Source: Orbicella franksi | Lineage: Eukaryota | DNA: 64,000 bases | Reading direction: 5' to 3' | Assembly (NCBI GenBank): GCA_964199315.1 | Contig: OZ116699.1 | Coordinates: 1,116,001-1,180,000 of the forward strand | Position numbers and translations under genes: made by a program | Notes under the pieces: model-generated | What the model was told of the DNA's origin: nothing | Database searches by the model: none | Seen by the model: only the letters and a program-made list of their open reading frames with translations | Part shown: piece after piece, positions 26,001-38,427 of the stretch | Position numbering within the stretch: position 1 is the stretch's first letter | Layout of the letters: every line of letters begins with the position of its first letter

Positions 26001-27441
26001 TACCCAAATTTTTTATAAATTAATTTTTTTCACGTATGTCAACTTCTCCACGATCTGTTCCCTTTTTGATTTAACTGTTTTCCTGCTATATATATGATTC
26101 TCCTGTTTATGCAGATACAGTACTTTGTTTTCATAGGCAATGTTTTGGTTCACAGTTACCTGCTGAATTCAGTAGGCAGTCTCTGTGGTCACTAAGCATG
26201 TCCAGATAAATAGCAATTGCCTGTGCCACCATACCAAATCACGCAATGGCATGTATTTTAAATTTCAACTAGATTCCTAACCTTTATGTGTTTATAGGGA
26301 GCTGGTTTCTTGGACATCTTCTGAAGATCTTGTTCGGCTTTGTTCTCTTGTGCCACCCTCCATTCTGCATATTTCTGTTTAGCCTCAACAAGAGCTGAAC
26401 AGAAGCAAGAAACGTTGAGATACTGTATTTCTCCTTTCATTGAAAATGCTCACCGTGTGGCACTAAATTTTTGCAGGGTACTAATTTTTGTGATTTTTGC
26501 GGATTTTTCTGCAATCCACAAAAATTTACTCCAGTTGCGAGAGTATACATACAAACATCCCCAGTAGAACCTTGTAGCTGTCATTTATTTAAAATGTCTC
26601 TTTTGTTCAGAAACAAAATGATGGAGGGGAAACAAAATGTTCAAAACTAAAAAAAGGTTTTTAGGAAAGGATTGTTAGAGGGTACTCCAATGAGAAGAGT
26701 ATCTACAATTCTGCACAAGAGCCAGATGTCATTGAGATAGTGTGACACTAATAACTGTACTTCTCTACATATTTTTTCACTTCACAATTATATGCAGTTT
26801 AATTTAAAAATGCAAAAACATTGTAATTTCAATTAAAGGGAACTTCCTGAAAATCGTAAAAATAATATTGGTACCCAGCAAGAAAAACCAGAATTTTACA
26901 ATCACAAGAATTAGGTCCTGCAAAATACAAAACATCACCGATTTGCAAAAATAAACTCCTGGAAAAATTTAGTGCCACAAGGTAAATACTTATAAAATCT
27001 GGCATTGAAGTACTAAATGACAACCATATGACAGTAATTAAAGACGTATACTCAAAATTTTCAGTGAATCATTACCTTCAATTCTCTGGAACTTCTATTA
27101 CCACTCATTCACAATAAACAAATAACTCAGTCTATTGTTTTAAGGGCTATAAGGGCATTTGTGTGACTTGCCAGCAAATTGTTGTGTATGTGAATGAAAC
27201 CCTAGGGTGGAAATATTCAAATGAAAGCTACTGACGATTTAAAGTGGTACTATGACGAAAATCAAATCTTTCCTATCTAAGCCATTTTAAAACATAAACA
27301 AGTAGTCTGTATGAGAAGGAAAATGTTGTTTACTATTTTCAAGTATCTCTTTTCATTCCAGAGATATTCAAGTTTTTAAAATATGCAAATTAGCCAAGTG
27401 ATGGCATCATCTACTCAACCAAATTTTGATCAAATATGAAG

Positions 27442-27474
<33 letters not shown>

Positions 27475-30400
27475 TTGATTCTTTGCTGAAGGATTCTACT
27501 AAATGTGCTCCACAATACAAGCTTAACAGTTTTGTTACCATGGCAACATGCTGGGTTCCAGACCTCCCCAAAATTAAAGGCTTTTCTGGCCACCTTTGGC
27601 ATTCCATTTTGATATTTGCTAATGGTACCTCATATGCATAATCCAGCAAGCATGTAAATATGTTAGCTAGAGGTTGTAGCCTCGTTTAATGTTTTCCGAG
27701 CTGCAAATCACTAACATATTGAAATCAAGTGGGTGGGGACTGGAGAAGAATAAGTTGCCATGGGAACAGAATTTTTTAGAGTCGTAGCTGTGTTTCATGT
27801 AGAACTATTAGCCTACCAAGTTTCAATGGTCTGTGCTGTAAATTGACCAAGATAGCTTCATTTATATACTTGATATAATTGGGTTGAGTGTATGACGTCA
27901 TCAGTCATCTCATTTGCATATTTTACAGATTTTTTAAACTTAAATAACTCCAGAACTAATGCAGATATTTGCAAATGGTAAATGGAGTTTTTATTCTTTC
28001 ATGGAATTCTATGTGATACACCTAAAAACTCAAGGGGTAAAACTTTGATCATAGTACCACTTTAAAATGCGTCATTTTCTAAAAAAAGACAGTGCCACTT
28101 ATTTATCTTTCTGTTTCTTTGTTTTGAAAATAAATAAAAAAATAACAAAATCTAAGAACGACGTAACAACTTTGAGATCCAAATTATTCAATGTAATTAT
28201 GCAGGTTTGAACTGTGGTCTTTTGAGAGTGATTAAAAGTGAATCACAGGCATCACTCTGAAAAGTGACCTCAAATGTTTTTTTTTGTCCCCCACAAATCT
28301 AATACTTAAAAAAACCCTACTCACCTTGTTTGAAAATCTTGGCCAGATGTTTGTTGTTACCGGAATCTGTTGAGCCCTTGTCGCCTTCTTGATAGCTGAA
28401 AACTCGACCTCTGTGAATCCAGTAATAGTCATGAGAGCCCAGAAACATAACTGGAAACTCTCCTGGCTGATGTCGCATGTTCTGAATGTTTGTAGGAACA
28501 TCCCTTGGGTTGCAAATCTGCGCTGGCCACCACCTACATAGACAGATCAACATTAAGGAAATTGAGGAATTTCAAGTGCCACAACTAAAGAGGAGTAAGG
28601 CCTTTCACAAAAGTTTTGGGCTGGAAGGTTGAGTTCAGTTTCCTAAACAAGGCTCAAAATTAAAAAAAATCCTTAAGTGCCTCTCTCCACCCAGGTGTAT
28701 AAATGGGTACCGGTGAACTTGATGTGTAGAAATAGTTATGTTGTGCCAAATTGATTAGATAAGAGCATTTCAAATTTCCCGTTGTTACTTCTTTGTGGAG
28801 AACTGCTATCTAACAAATTTTACATTATATTGCTTAGGATAGAAAAAACAAACAAGCAAATCATTCTTGTAGATTTTTTTGCTGTCCTTGTTACCTGTAC
28901 ATTCCAAGCTTGACCCAAACAATATCTCCATAAAGAAGCTGTTTGTTTTCTGTACAATCTTTGCAAAAGAAATGCCCTTCAGGAATTCCCTCATAGCTAA
29001 TGCACTCGGGATGGAATGCAGCAGGACAACTCTCGCAACAAATCAGCGTGCCTCCAATGGAGCAAACAAAACACCAATTCACGTTGACATGGGTGTGGTG
29101 TGCCTTATTTTTCTCACGCAAGAAGTGCTTTGCACACACCATAAAATGAGAACTAATTGGAATACAACCTGCAACAAGACAGCCAGAAAGATGGTATGCC
29201 ATTGGGCAGCGTACACAACGAATCATTCGTCCCCTCGACACCGAAGACTTGTTTGTAACACAAGTGCTGCAAAAGTGGAGTGGGCAAAAAAAGCGATCAC
29301 CATCAAACTTTGCAGTTTTAAATGGTCTCAAACATTCCTCATGGTAGTGTTTTGTACACAGTGGCTGTGAACACTGTTTGACATTTCCTGTCTGTCTACA
29401 CACGAAGCAGCAGTGATTTCCAGTCACACACTCATCACAGACAAACTTTCCCTTCGGTACAACTGACAGCCCTATACAATCCAAATGAAACGCATTGCCA
29501 CAGATGCCCTCGCAAAATATTAGACTTTCCTGTTGTTCGCAGACAATACAAACAGCTTCTTTATCCCTTTTAGCGGTTGCACCATTCTTTACGCTTCCTG
29601 TCTCATCCCCTGCACTTGACGATTCCACACTACCTGCCACACTATCTTCTCTTTCAAGTGAAGTATTTGGCTCAGGCATTTCTTTCTTTTTTTCTTCAAC
29701 CTTTTTACTTTTAGCTTCAACCTTTTTTTCTTTTTCCTCTAACACTGGTACTTCGTTAGTAGGCAACACTGCCACTTCTTTAGCACTCAGAGCCTTTCTG
29801 GTGGGTTTTCGGACTCGTTTCTTTTTGTTTTGAGTCTTGTCCTTACCAGTTTCCTCTGATAGCGTGGGCAATTCCTTTCCACTGCCTGGATTTTTCCCAC
29901 TTTTTTCATTAACTGGCAGAGGGGAATGACTTGACATTTCCTTTTGATCTTCACTAACAATGACAAATTGTGGATTTCGAGGCCGCCCTCTTTTACGCTT
30001 TCCTTCTGGTTGGTTCTGTTTAGGTGTTATCTTTCTGATTTTCAGTTTTAGAGCAGTGTTTGGTGATACCTCCATGCTTGCTCCAAAAGAGGAAACCTCT
30101 CCATTTATTCTAGGAGGACTAACACTTCCATTGTACAAGCCATTACACTTTTCATGCAACTTAAGCCTGATTGATATGTCTATTTTGTCAGTGGCAACAT
30201 CCGAGCAAATGGAAGAATCCAATTCATTATTTTGCTTGGAAGTCCTTTTCTTCCTTTTCTTTGGGGGCTCAACACTTTTCAGAGTTTCAACATCATTTGA
30301 AACAGATTTTGAAGCTACCACTACAGCAGTCAGTTTTCTTTTACGCTGCACCTTCTCCTTAGCAACTTTCTTTGGGTTGTCCTTAAATCCATTAGCACAA

Positions 30401-32808
30401 TGTGCGTCTCCATTCAAGTCCTTGAGTTCCGGAATCGGAGTTTCTCTTTTACCGAGATCGGACATTTCATTTGCATGTTCATCAACCATGCCGTTCACTT
30501 GCTCTGGTAACGAAGTGAAGCCATTTAACTTTTTCATTTTCAAGGGGGGAAGACGTTTCCCTTCATTTTTGTCATAGTACTTAAAGGTGTAGCACAACTG
30601 GCGTTCATGCCGGTTCATAGGCTTTGCTTTTTCTGCTACTTTCACTGCAGTTTCCCAAGGTGCAACATGCTTTTGAGCAATCTTGAGTTGCTTTCCATGG
30701 AGAGAATTCTCAAAATGTTGTCGACCTAAGGAAAAGACATAACTAATGAAATTCCAAAATATTTTCTCAAAACTTATACCAAAGCAGTCTTGTCTAAGAT
30801 CAAACCTGTAAGGTTTTAAGACTCCAGTTAAATATCTCTCTACAAAAAACTAAGAAAAATATACCACAGGGATATTGTAGTCAACAACAGAAATCAAGAT
30901 AGCCAAATTCTCAAACCTAATTTTGAATTTTGAAAGAGATGCTAAAGTTTATTTCTAATGAGTATTAAGAATGTCAAAATAAACACACACTCCTATCAAA
31001 TGCACCCTAAATGTGACTCTTTTATAAAGAAAAACATGATAACCAAATCTTATTTTCAATCTAGCAGCACAATATCATAATCTTGGAGAACAATATTTTA
31101 AATTAAAGATTTAGAGTTTCTTATTTGTCAGTTAAGCTGTTTTGAATGCCAATAAAGCAAAAGGGTTTAGAGAATCAGATAAAGCCTTTAGCCTATTTCA
31201 GTTTTAATTTACTCCGGTGTCAAAAACAAGACAGACGAAGCAGTTGTTGCATAACTTACAGCAAATATTGTCAGCCTTCATGAAGCATCTCCATGAAATT
31301 GTAATTGAATTTTTTAAAAAAATATAGTCTTATATCATAAACAATAGATCTATGGGAGTCATAAAGTTTATGCTTCTCATTTGAAACTTGCATTACCAGT
31401 AGTATATAAATAATTAATAGATATCTAGAGATCTGCAAGTAGGGTTAAGCTACGCTAGAGATGTCTGGCAGAAACCATTAATTTCATATGCTGCTTCTGA
31501 AGGTTTTATGCCAAATATTGACATTTTGAACAGCAAAAGATTATTTAATTCTCAGAATGATAATTCTTTTTTTTTTTTTTTGAAAATGGCAAGGCAGCCA
31601 TTAAACTAAACAACCAGATGATGTTAAAAACATTTTGAGCCTGAGGCATTATCTTTAAGTCAAGAAAAGTCATTTAAAAGAAAATCAAATGAAAAGCCAG
31701 ATGATTTCAGATTTCCAATAAAAAAGTAACTTATTGACAGAAAATCATAATTGGGCATAATACAATGTATCTTGGCCAGCTGATCCCTTGGCAAATTTTT
31801 ATGACATGAAAAGATGAAAATCTCTTACTGCAAGGATGGATAATTATTTTTATAAATGAGTTACTTTTTGGAAAATGTGGCCTCTCTATGAAAAAGAAAA
31901 TGTGACACATTTAGTAGACAAACAGATTGGATTAGGGGCAGATAGCAACACTACCAATAACTGCTTCTTGGTAAAATTCACAGTTTCTTTCTAAAACAGC
32001 TGTCATTGTTTTCGATCATGCGCTGAGCGACCGATCTAACCTATACATGGCGAAGCGCCAAAACATATTGTAAACTATGAAGCTCAAGTACACCCAGCCA
32101 CTTGGATATTTACATAGACGAGTTACAATTCGAAAACAATTCCCCGTAGCCTAAAAACTTCGGTTTTGACCCCGCAAAAAGTTCCCGATTAAAAATCCAG
32201 TTCAAGCAGAACCCAAATATTGTTACAAAGTTTTATAATCCATTTCTCTTGAAAGTGACTGAACAACTTGTTTTGAATGAAATGTGGACAAACATGGCGG
32301 GGTTTAGAATGGTTTTGAACTTAAAATCGCCAAGCGATTATTCACCGCCGTTATTTCAGGCGACGAAGAAAACGATATGTTTAATTATCACACCTAGCAG
32401 GAGTGTGTTAAGATTAATCCCACAATTATTGATAAAACCTTGCAAGATTTACGCTAGATTTATCGCCCGACCTCGTCAATTTCTCAGTAAATGCATTCAC
32501 TTAAATCTCCTACCTTCAAATTTCAGAATCGATCTCTCGGAGACCCAGCCCCTAAAGGGATCCTGGCCGAAAAACTGCACGTGATAATATCTTGCCCTTC
32601 CTTTGTACTTGAAGGAAACAGCCGTGTTGGGGTCGTATGAAACCATGGAAGGCCACCATGGATGGCCCGGGATTTTTGACCAAACTACATCACCGACCAG
32701 CCACGAAGCACTTTGAGTTGGACTCGACGAAGCTTTGCAATCTTTCGAACTGGGGCTCTCTGAAGGTTCAGAGGCGCCACTATCACCTCTGGTTTCTACT
32801 GCTGCCAT
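20048..32808 (-). CDS. NSD: NSD-family histone H3K36 methyltransferase (probable co-ortholog of NSD1/2/3), 8 exons, 1169 aa
   Basis: join(32808-32514,30725-28895,28533-28325,26394-26282,24114-23859,23542-23240,22886-22737,20400-20048) = 3510 nt with consistent phases. PWWP1 ([13 protein letters not shown]), four PHD fingers, PWWP2 ([13 protein letters not shown]), AWS, SET ([32 protein letters not shown]), post-SET (CHCGAKNC) and PHD5-C5HCH ([18 protein letters not shown]...PWHFCDDC). Confidence 0.95.
21380..21579 (-). CDS. Candidate alternative terminal exon of NSD (66-aa Pro/Ser/Thr-rich tail)
   Basis: Acceptor tttttgtttggcttcag|AT, phase 1 matching exon 7 (gaa g|gtatgt); open to TAG at 21382-21380; GC-rich island in an AT-rich intron; AATAAA on the minus strand at 21304-21299. 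Confidence 0.55.
24276..24340. repeat. Fragment of a SINE-like interspersed repeat
   Basis: tacccatctgttcacctgcgtggagtggggcact...ccttgccaaagaaca matches the reverse complement of 28679-28720. SINE assignment recalled, not verified. Confidence 0.5.
25345..25806. mobile_element. Tc1/mariner-type MITE (TA TSD)
   Basis: TA|CAGTCAAACCTC ... GAGGTTCAACTG|TA; internal ggtcgcttac-like subrepeats; no ORF. Confidence 0.75.
27243..28061. mobile_element. 819-bp TTAA-flanked non-autonomous element (Kolobok-like)
   Basis: TTAA|AGTGGTACTATGA ... TCATAGTACCACT|TTAA: perfect 13-bp TIRs with TTAA at 27239-27242 and 28062-28065. Confidence 0.85.
28679..28720. repeat. SINE-like repeat fragment
   Basis: cctctctccacccaggtgtataaatgggtacc is an inverse match to 24276-24310. 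Confidence 0.5.
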
Positions 32809-33260
32809 CCAAGAAGATGACAGAGTCGAAATCCACGCGGCAAAATTAAGTTAAAAGCAGTAAATCACTCGCGGCGTGCAGCGACTAACTTCGAAGCGTT
32901 GCCGGATGGAACAACGGTTGAAACATTCTGATTGGCTCCCGCGGTACACATGGCTCAAAATTGGCGGTCGCCGAACATTTACCGACTATTTTTGCAAATC
33001 GACGAACAGCACCGGCGACTTCCGTAAGCCTCTCGGGCTAACGCGAAGAAGAGGAAGTTCTGAGAAGACTTGTAACAGCTAAAAAGAAAGAAAACTACGT
33101 GAAATATCGAATTTCTTTACCCAACAGACGCGAGGAACGAAACTGAAAGAGGGAAAAAATGATGTCGATGCTAGAATGCTAATTTTTAAAAATCCTCACC
33201 TTACCCATGCAAGGTGGAATTCTTTTTACCCAGAACGCTTTGTCGTCGTAATATCTCAAA
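32809..33260. promoter_or_regulatory. Bidirectional promoter region between NSD and BNIP1
   Basis: Start codons 452 nt apart, head-to-head; CpG-rich; NF-Y box (AGCCAATCAG on the minus strand, ATTGG at 32931-32935); YY1-like AAAATGGCGG over the BNIP1 ATG. Confidence 0.75.
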
Positions 33261-36200
33261 ATGGCGGACGGGATCGAAGTTCCCGTTCAAGTGAAAATTC
33301 TTGTTCAAGAAATCGTCAAAATTGAGTTTGAGATCCAAAATAATGTGCAAAGCATACGTCAATGCGAGGGGCCACTTAATTTACTCAATGACTTGAATCT
33401 GAAGGTTAAACAAAAGTTGCATTCTTTGCGACAGAAAGTCGAGGTAAGCACATGAAAACTACATGAAATTAATTAAGCTATTATTGATAAACTAGGGATA
33501 AACTTAGCATATATTTAATCCTGATTTGCAAACTAAACGTGAACTTTCTACCATTTGAATTTATATTTTGGGCCCTTACTTGGTGTAGAAGACACAGTTG
33601 ACGTAAAACAATATAGAACAAAAGAACAAAAGAATGAGGAATATAATGAAAACGATAGGTTTGTGACGTGGTGTTCTATTGTGATGTGTCCTGTGTCGTC
33701 TAAACCAAAATGGAGCCAAATGTGTAAACAAACATCAGAGCACACGGAAGCAGGCAATATCTCCGAGTGCCACAGTTTTTATTTCTCTCCATTTGAGTGA
33801 TTGATTAAACCTCATCCGTGAAGCCACTAACAGCGGATCCCTCTGTTTTTAATTATATTAACTTCAAATTATAATTATGTATAATTAATCTAATGCTCAT
33901 CAATTGAAAACAAAAATACTAAAAAATAAAATATAAATGTAATGGTTACTGTAAATCCTCGAATTAGCATCTCCCCTCAAATAAGTGCCCCCTTCGAATA
34001 AGTGCCCCTCCTACCAGCCAAAATTTAAAATAAGTGGCTCCCTTCAAATAAGCGCCCCCTTCCCTCCCCTTGTTTTATGGAAAAGTACTGAGACAACAAA
34101 GGATGTATAGTTTTGGTCATGTTTAATTACAAGCAAGTGATTATGGACCCATTCAAGCCCTGGGTGCTAACTCGAGGATTTAGGGTATGTGGAGAAGCAC
34201 TGTGAAGTCACTTTTATGTCAGTGACCCCACCCGTTAGTTTGATTTAGGAATTCCTTCAGACTTGACCTTCATGACTTTTCAAGTTCCCAGATAATTACA
34301 ATTATTAGTATGCAAGGAAAAATATAGAGAAAAAATGGTGAGGGAACCTAATAAAAACCATGGGGCCCGTAAACTTGGGTTCCCTCCCATTTAGGCCAAT
34401 GTTTGGGCACATTTGATACTCTGGCATGCATTTTTCGGGGTTGAGAAGAGGCAAAATCAGCAGCCTCTCAGATTTCAACTTTTTAGTTTGGCATCTCTTT
34501 AATATTTACTTGTATCATGTGCATGTCTGCATGTACACATCTGTTTAGGGTTTGGAGCAAGTGGCTTTTGAGCAAGACAAAGAATCTGACAGACTAGCTA
34601 TATTAGCAGCCATGCAACATCATAGAAAAGAGTTGTCAAGGTACAGTTTATTGGTACAGAGGCTTGACCTTAATTGGTGGATTAAACAAATTAGTTTAGG
34701 CATAGCTTTTATAGGTAGCCCAAGCTGAGCTTGGGTGACCTGTGGTTCAGTAAAACATTAAGAAAAGTTCTGGGGAAAAAAACATTAACAAAAACTGCAA
34801 ATTTCTTCTTTGGAAATTGAATAAATACTCAACCACCCTTATATGGACTGACGTTTTGTTAGAAATGACTGCTTTCCTTGACATTTCAGGGAGAACATTT
34901 CCAGTGGACATGGTGGAAGCAAAGGCAACTGAAAGGTTAATAAAACCACAAATGAAATAAAAAGAAAACGGAAAAAGAAAAAAAAAGAGAAGCCAAAGTT
35001 TGCTTTTTTGTGCATGCCCAAGTGGAAAACTAAGTTTCTGACCTCAAAGGGAAAGGGAAAAGTTAGATCTATCTAGATATCATCTTGAAATAAAGGGTTG
35101 GGCCATTCGGCCTCATTCCGTTGGAGAAATAGCCAGATATAGATGTGCAGAGGGTTATTTTTGAACGGTCATTTTTGGCAGAAATCCCAGGAATAAATGG
35201 CTATAAACCTGATCGAAAGCAGCATTTCTCACTATGAGCCTGTCAACCAGGCTGGTCCAGTTTATAAGATCAAGGTTTTTCACACACTTTTCTGTTGATG
35301 TGTGAAAAAATAAAACAAGTGTCAAGCACAAGAGACAGTTTTTCACCATGTTTTCAGACACCAAGAAAAATAAAAATAAAAATAAAACATGCAGTGGGGT
35401 TTGCATTTTTGATGAACTCCAAGGCAGGGATGGATCTAGAGGGAGGTGCAGGGGGTGTGCACCCCCCCCCCCCAAGATGAAGCCTTCCTCTTCGTATTCG
35501 TTACCTCACCAGTCAGTTATGCCATTCCTTATTGGTGCACCTCCTCCTAAGAAAAATCCTGGATCCATCCCTGCAAGGTGTTTGGAAATTTAATGAAATC
35601 TGACGTAGTAAGTGTTTCACATATTTGCAAACTAAAATAAACCCTAGATGTAAAGAAGTAAGCTAGTCTAATAAAAGCAGGTAATGGTAATTAAGATCAC
35701 CTGTACAAACCCCTTGTTATGGTTAATAAAATAATTCACCAAGTTAACACAGGGAAAATCTTAATTATTTTAATCTTAACTCGTTAAAAAAATGAGTTTC
35801 AGAGATGCAAAAGTGATCAACTTGTGAGAATAATTTCCATTGATAGTTTCCAAATAGCACTTTGCATAGCCTTTACACTTGTGTTAATTCTGGTAGTGTA
35901 ATAACACAGTAAATTAACCATTTGTTCACATCATCTAGGCCTTACAAAAAGTTTAATATTTTTATGTTTTAGCCTCCAGGTATCGATCAGGAAAGCTAAT
36001 TTAGCTTCAAAGGCTATTATTGACAAAAGTGAAAAGGAAGAATTATTGGGAGGACAAGCCTCCAATGTACGAAACAGGTGTGTTAGAACCTGCAATAATA
36101 TTAGTGTTTCTATCCCTTACAGTCATATAATTAAGTTGTTCTAGTACATACTGATCTTAATAGATAAACCACTCATAGCAAGAAGTTTGACTCATATCAT

Positions 36201-37557
36201 TTGGGTGTAGTTTTCCCTCTTGAATAAATCTGCTATGCACAGGATCACACTTTTTAACACCCATCCCCCTCCCAAAGAAACCCAAAATCTTTTACTCAAA
36301 ATAAGACCCCACAAAAAGTGAAAAAAAATTCTTCATTACTTTTTAGGACCTTCAACAAAGAGAATTTGGCAAAGACTGCAAGTAACATAACTCAAGATTT
36401 AATGAGTATTGCAAGAATGATGGAGGGTCAAGTCAAACAGAGTGAAGCTGATATGCAGATATTAGGTGCGTCCAGAAATGAACAATATTTGTCGTAATTA
36501 GTCCCCCCTAAATGTGTATAAGACTTAGGATGGGATCACATGCCAATGGACATCACATACCAATGATAGAAACCTCAGACTAAACTATCGGCCATTTTGG
36601 TGTTGTGTAGAGAACTGTGGTTAGTTTCAAATTTTAACCAATCAATAAACTGATATGTGATGTGAAGTTTATATGAAATAATTCATATATGAAGCTGAAG
36701 CCCTATATGAAGCCCTGATTTTTTTCAGGCTTCTTCTTTCCAATTGCTTAAATTGGAAAATTAACTGCGATGATCATTCTTCACTTTTAAACTGATATGT
36801 GTTGCACAAATGAAAGGTCACATTGAAATTGGTCATTTGACTAAGTTTGATGTTTTCAGGTTGAGCAGAGACCAAGTTATCGAAGGTGAAACATGACTCA
36901 AAATCAATACTTGTAACATCTCTAATTTTAATGCAGTGTTCCCCCAAAGAATATATTAAACTCATAAAAATTTTTATGATTTCTGTGAATGGTGATTTTC
37001 ATGTCAGCTTGTTACAAATGGTAGGTGCATGACAGGATTTTACAGTTGCCACAGAACTGCTGATGAAAAAAGTTTAGAATTTACATTGTTTTGGGGGACG
37101 TTGTTTCAAAATTGGAGACATTTATAAATATGGAAGTTGAACGATGTTTCAAGGTCCATAACTTGGTGTCCGTCCACCTAAAAAGCATTCAACTCGGTCA
37201 AATAACCAATCTCAATGTGATCTTTCATGTGGTGGTGTCAGTTTATTGATTGGTTAAACTTAGAAACTTGCCATGTGCAACTCCAATAAAATTGTGGCCA
37301 GCCATCCTAAACATCTTTGGTTTTAACGTTTTCTCGTTGCCTTTTCTCTTCTCTCAGCCTCATCATCTGCACAGGTTAAAGACACACAAGAAGAATACAA
37401 GGGATTATCAGGAGTAATTCAAACCAGCAAGAACCTCTTAAACAAATATAACAGACGGGAAGTTACAGATAGACTTTTGATCTTCTTTGGACTTGTCTTA
37501 TTCTTTTCCACTGTTCTTTACATTTTGAAGAAGCGGCTTCCGATATTTGGGGGCTAA
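33261..37557 (+). CDS. BNIP1: Vesicle transport protein SEC20/BNIP1, 5 exons, 232 aa
   Basis: join(33261-33443,34549-34640,35973-36077,36347-36465,37358-37557) = 699 nt. QEIVKIEFE..CEGPL..LN, LEQVAFEQDKESD, RKANL, and C-terminal KYNRREVTDRLLIFFGLVLFFSTVLYILKKRL tail anchor match BNIP1. Confidence 0.93.
33946..34060. repeat. Truncated transposon-like end with internal tandem AATAAGYGCCCC motifs
   Basis: tactgtaaatcctcgaattagc followed by four copies of aataag(t/c)g(c/g)c(c/t)cc; no matching right TIR found. Confidence 0.5.
35425..35573. mobile_element. 149-bp MITE, same end type as 6704-6844
   Basis: TIRs CAGGGATGGATCTAG / CTGGATCCATCCCTG; 5-bp TSD CAAGG at 35420-35424 and 35574-35578. Confidence 0.85.
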
Positions 37558-37567
37558 AAGCTAATTA

Positions 37568-37735
37568 CAGTTCAACCCCTATTAACAGCCACCCTCTGCA
37601 AAATGGATAGCGGCCACTTAAAGGGGCAGGATAGAGGTAAAAAATATATATAAAAGCCCTCATCGGGACTTTGATTACTAACTGTCTTATAGGGGTGGCA
37701 GTTTAAAAGGTGGCTGCTCAATAGGGGTTCGACTG
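37568..37735. mobile_element. 168-bp Tc1/mariner-type MITE at the start of the BNIP1 3' UTR
   Basis: TA|CAGTTCAACCCCTATT ... AATAGGGGTTCGACTG|TA; begins 10 nt after the BNIP1 stop codon. Confidence 0.8.
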
Positions 37736-38289
37736 TAAATCATATTAAAGTTTTAACATAATTATAGAATATTTTATTTATTATAATTAAAAGTCAGAAT
37801 CCATAAGACTGCTTAAAGTTAATATTCTCTTAGGTAGGTAAAGTAAAATAGCAGATAGGTAGTGAGAACATAGGAATGCGTCAGCTAGATGTGAAGCATG
37901 AAACATGTATAACACAACTTCATGTTGTCATGGTGCAAGACGTCCCTGAAATAATAATTTAATAACAATAAATTGCTTGTTTTCAGCTGGTGTTGTTGCT
38001 CTAGATCAAGTCATTTTATCACTATTTTCAAAGCCCAAGCAAATAGGCTTCCTTTTCTTGTATGCAAGCCTTATAATGGATGAAACATCTGACTGATGTG
38101 ACCCAATAAAGACAAGTCCATCCTGATAACATGGCTTTACAAAGAATGTTCTGTCTAGAGTTGGCAGTCATTATATTTGGGTGGAAAATATCCTTTAGGG
38201 TAGGGAGGGGGCAGAATTTTGCAAGAGGTTAAGAAATCTGTTCAAGCCGCAGTTTTTATTGATAAGTCTGCATCAAATGTACAACACTG

Positions 38290-38427
38290 GGCTTAGTTGT
38301 TCGAAGGGTGGTAAATGCTATCCAACAGATAAGTCTAGATCCAGTGGATAATTCTTGACAAAACAAACTGCATGATCCAGTGATATGTCTGATCGAGAGA
38401 GCTGACCACCCTTCGAATAAGTGGGGC
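38290..38427. mobile_element. Short TIR element (..GTTGTTCGAAGGGTGG ends)
   Basis: Left ggcttagttgttcgaagggtgg versus right ccacccttcgaataagtggggc; internal atccagtg/ggataa motifs. A decayed relative lies near 41780-41900. Confidence 0.6.

Noticed and set aside
28879-30577. Long plus-strand ORFs (163, 112 and 205 aa) opposite NSD exon 2
   Set aside because: They are antisense shadows of a Lys/Glu-rich coding exon (Phe/Leu/Ser-rich translation, no domain).
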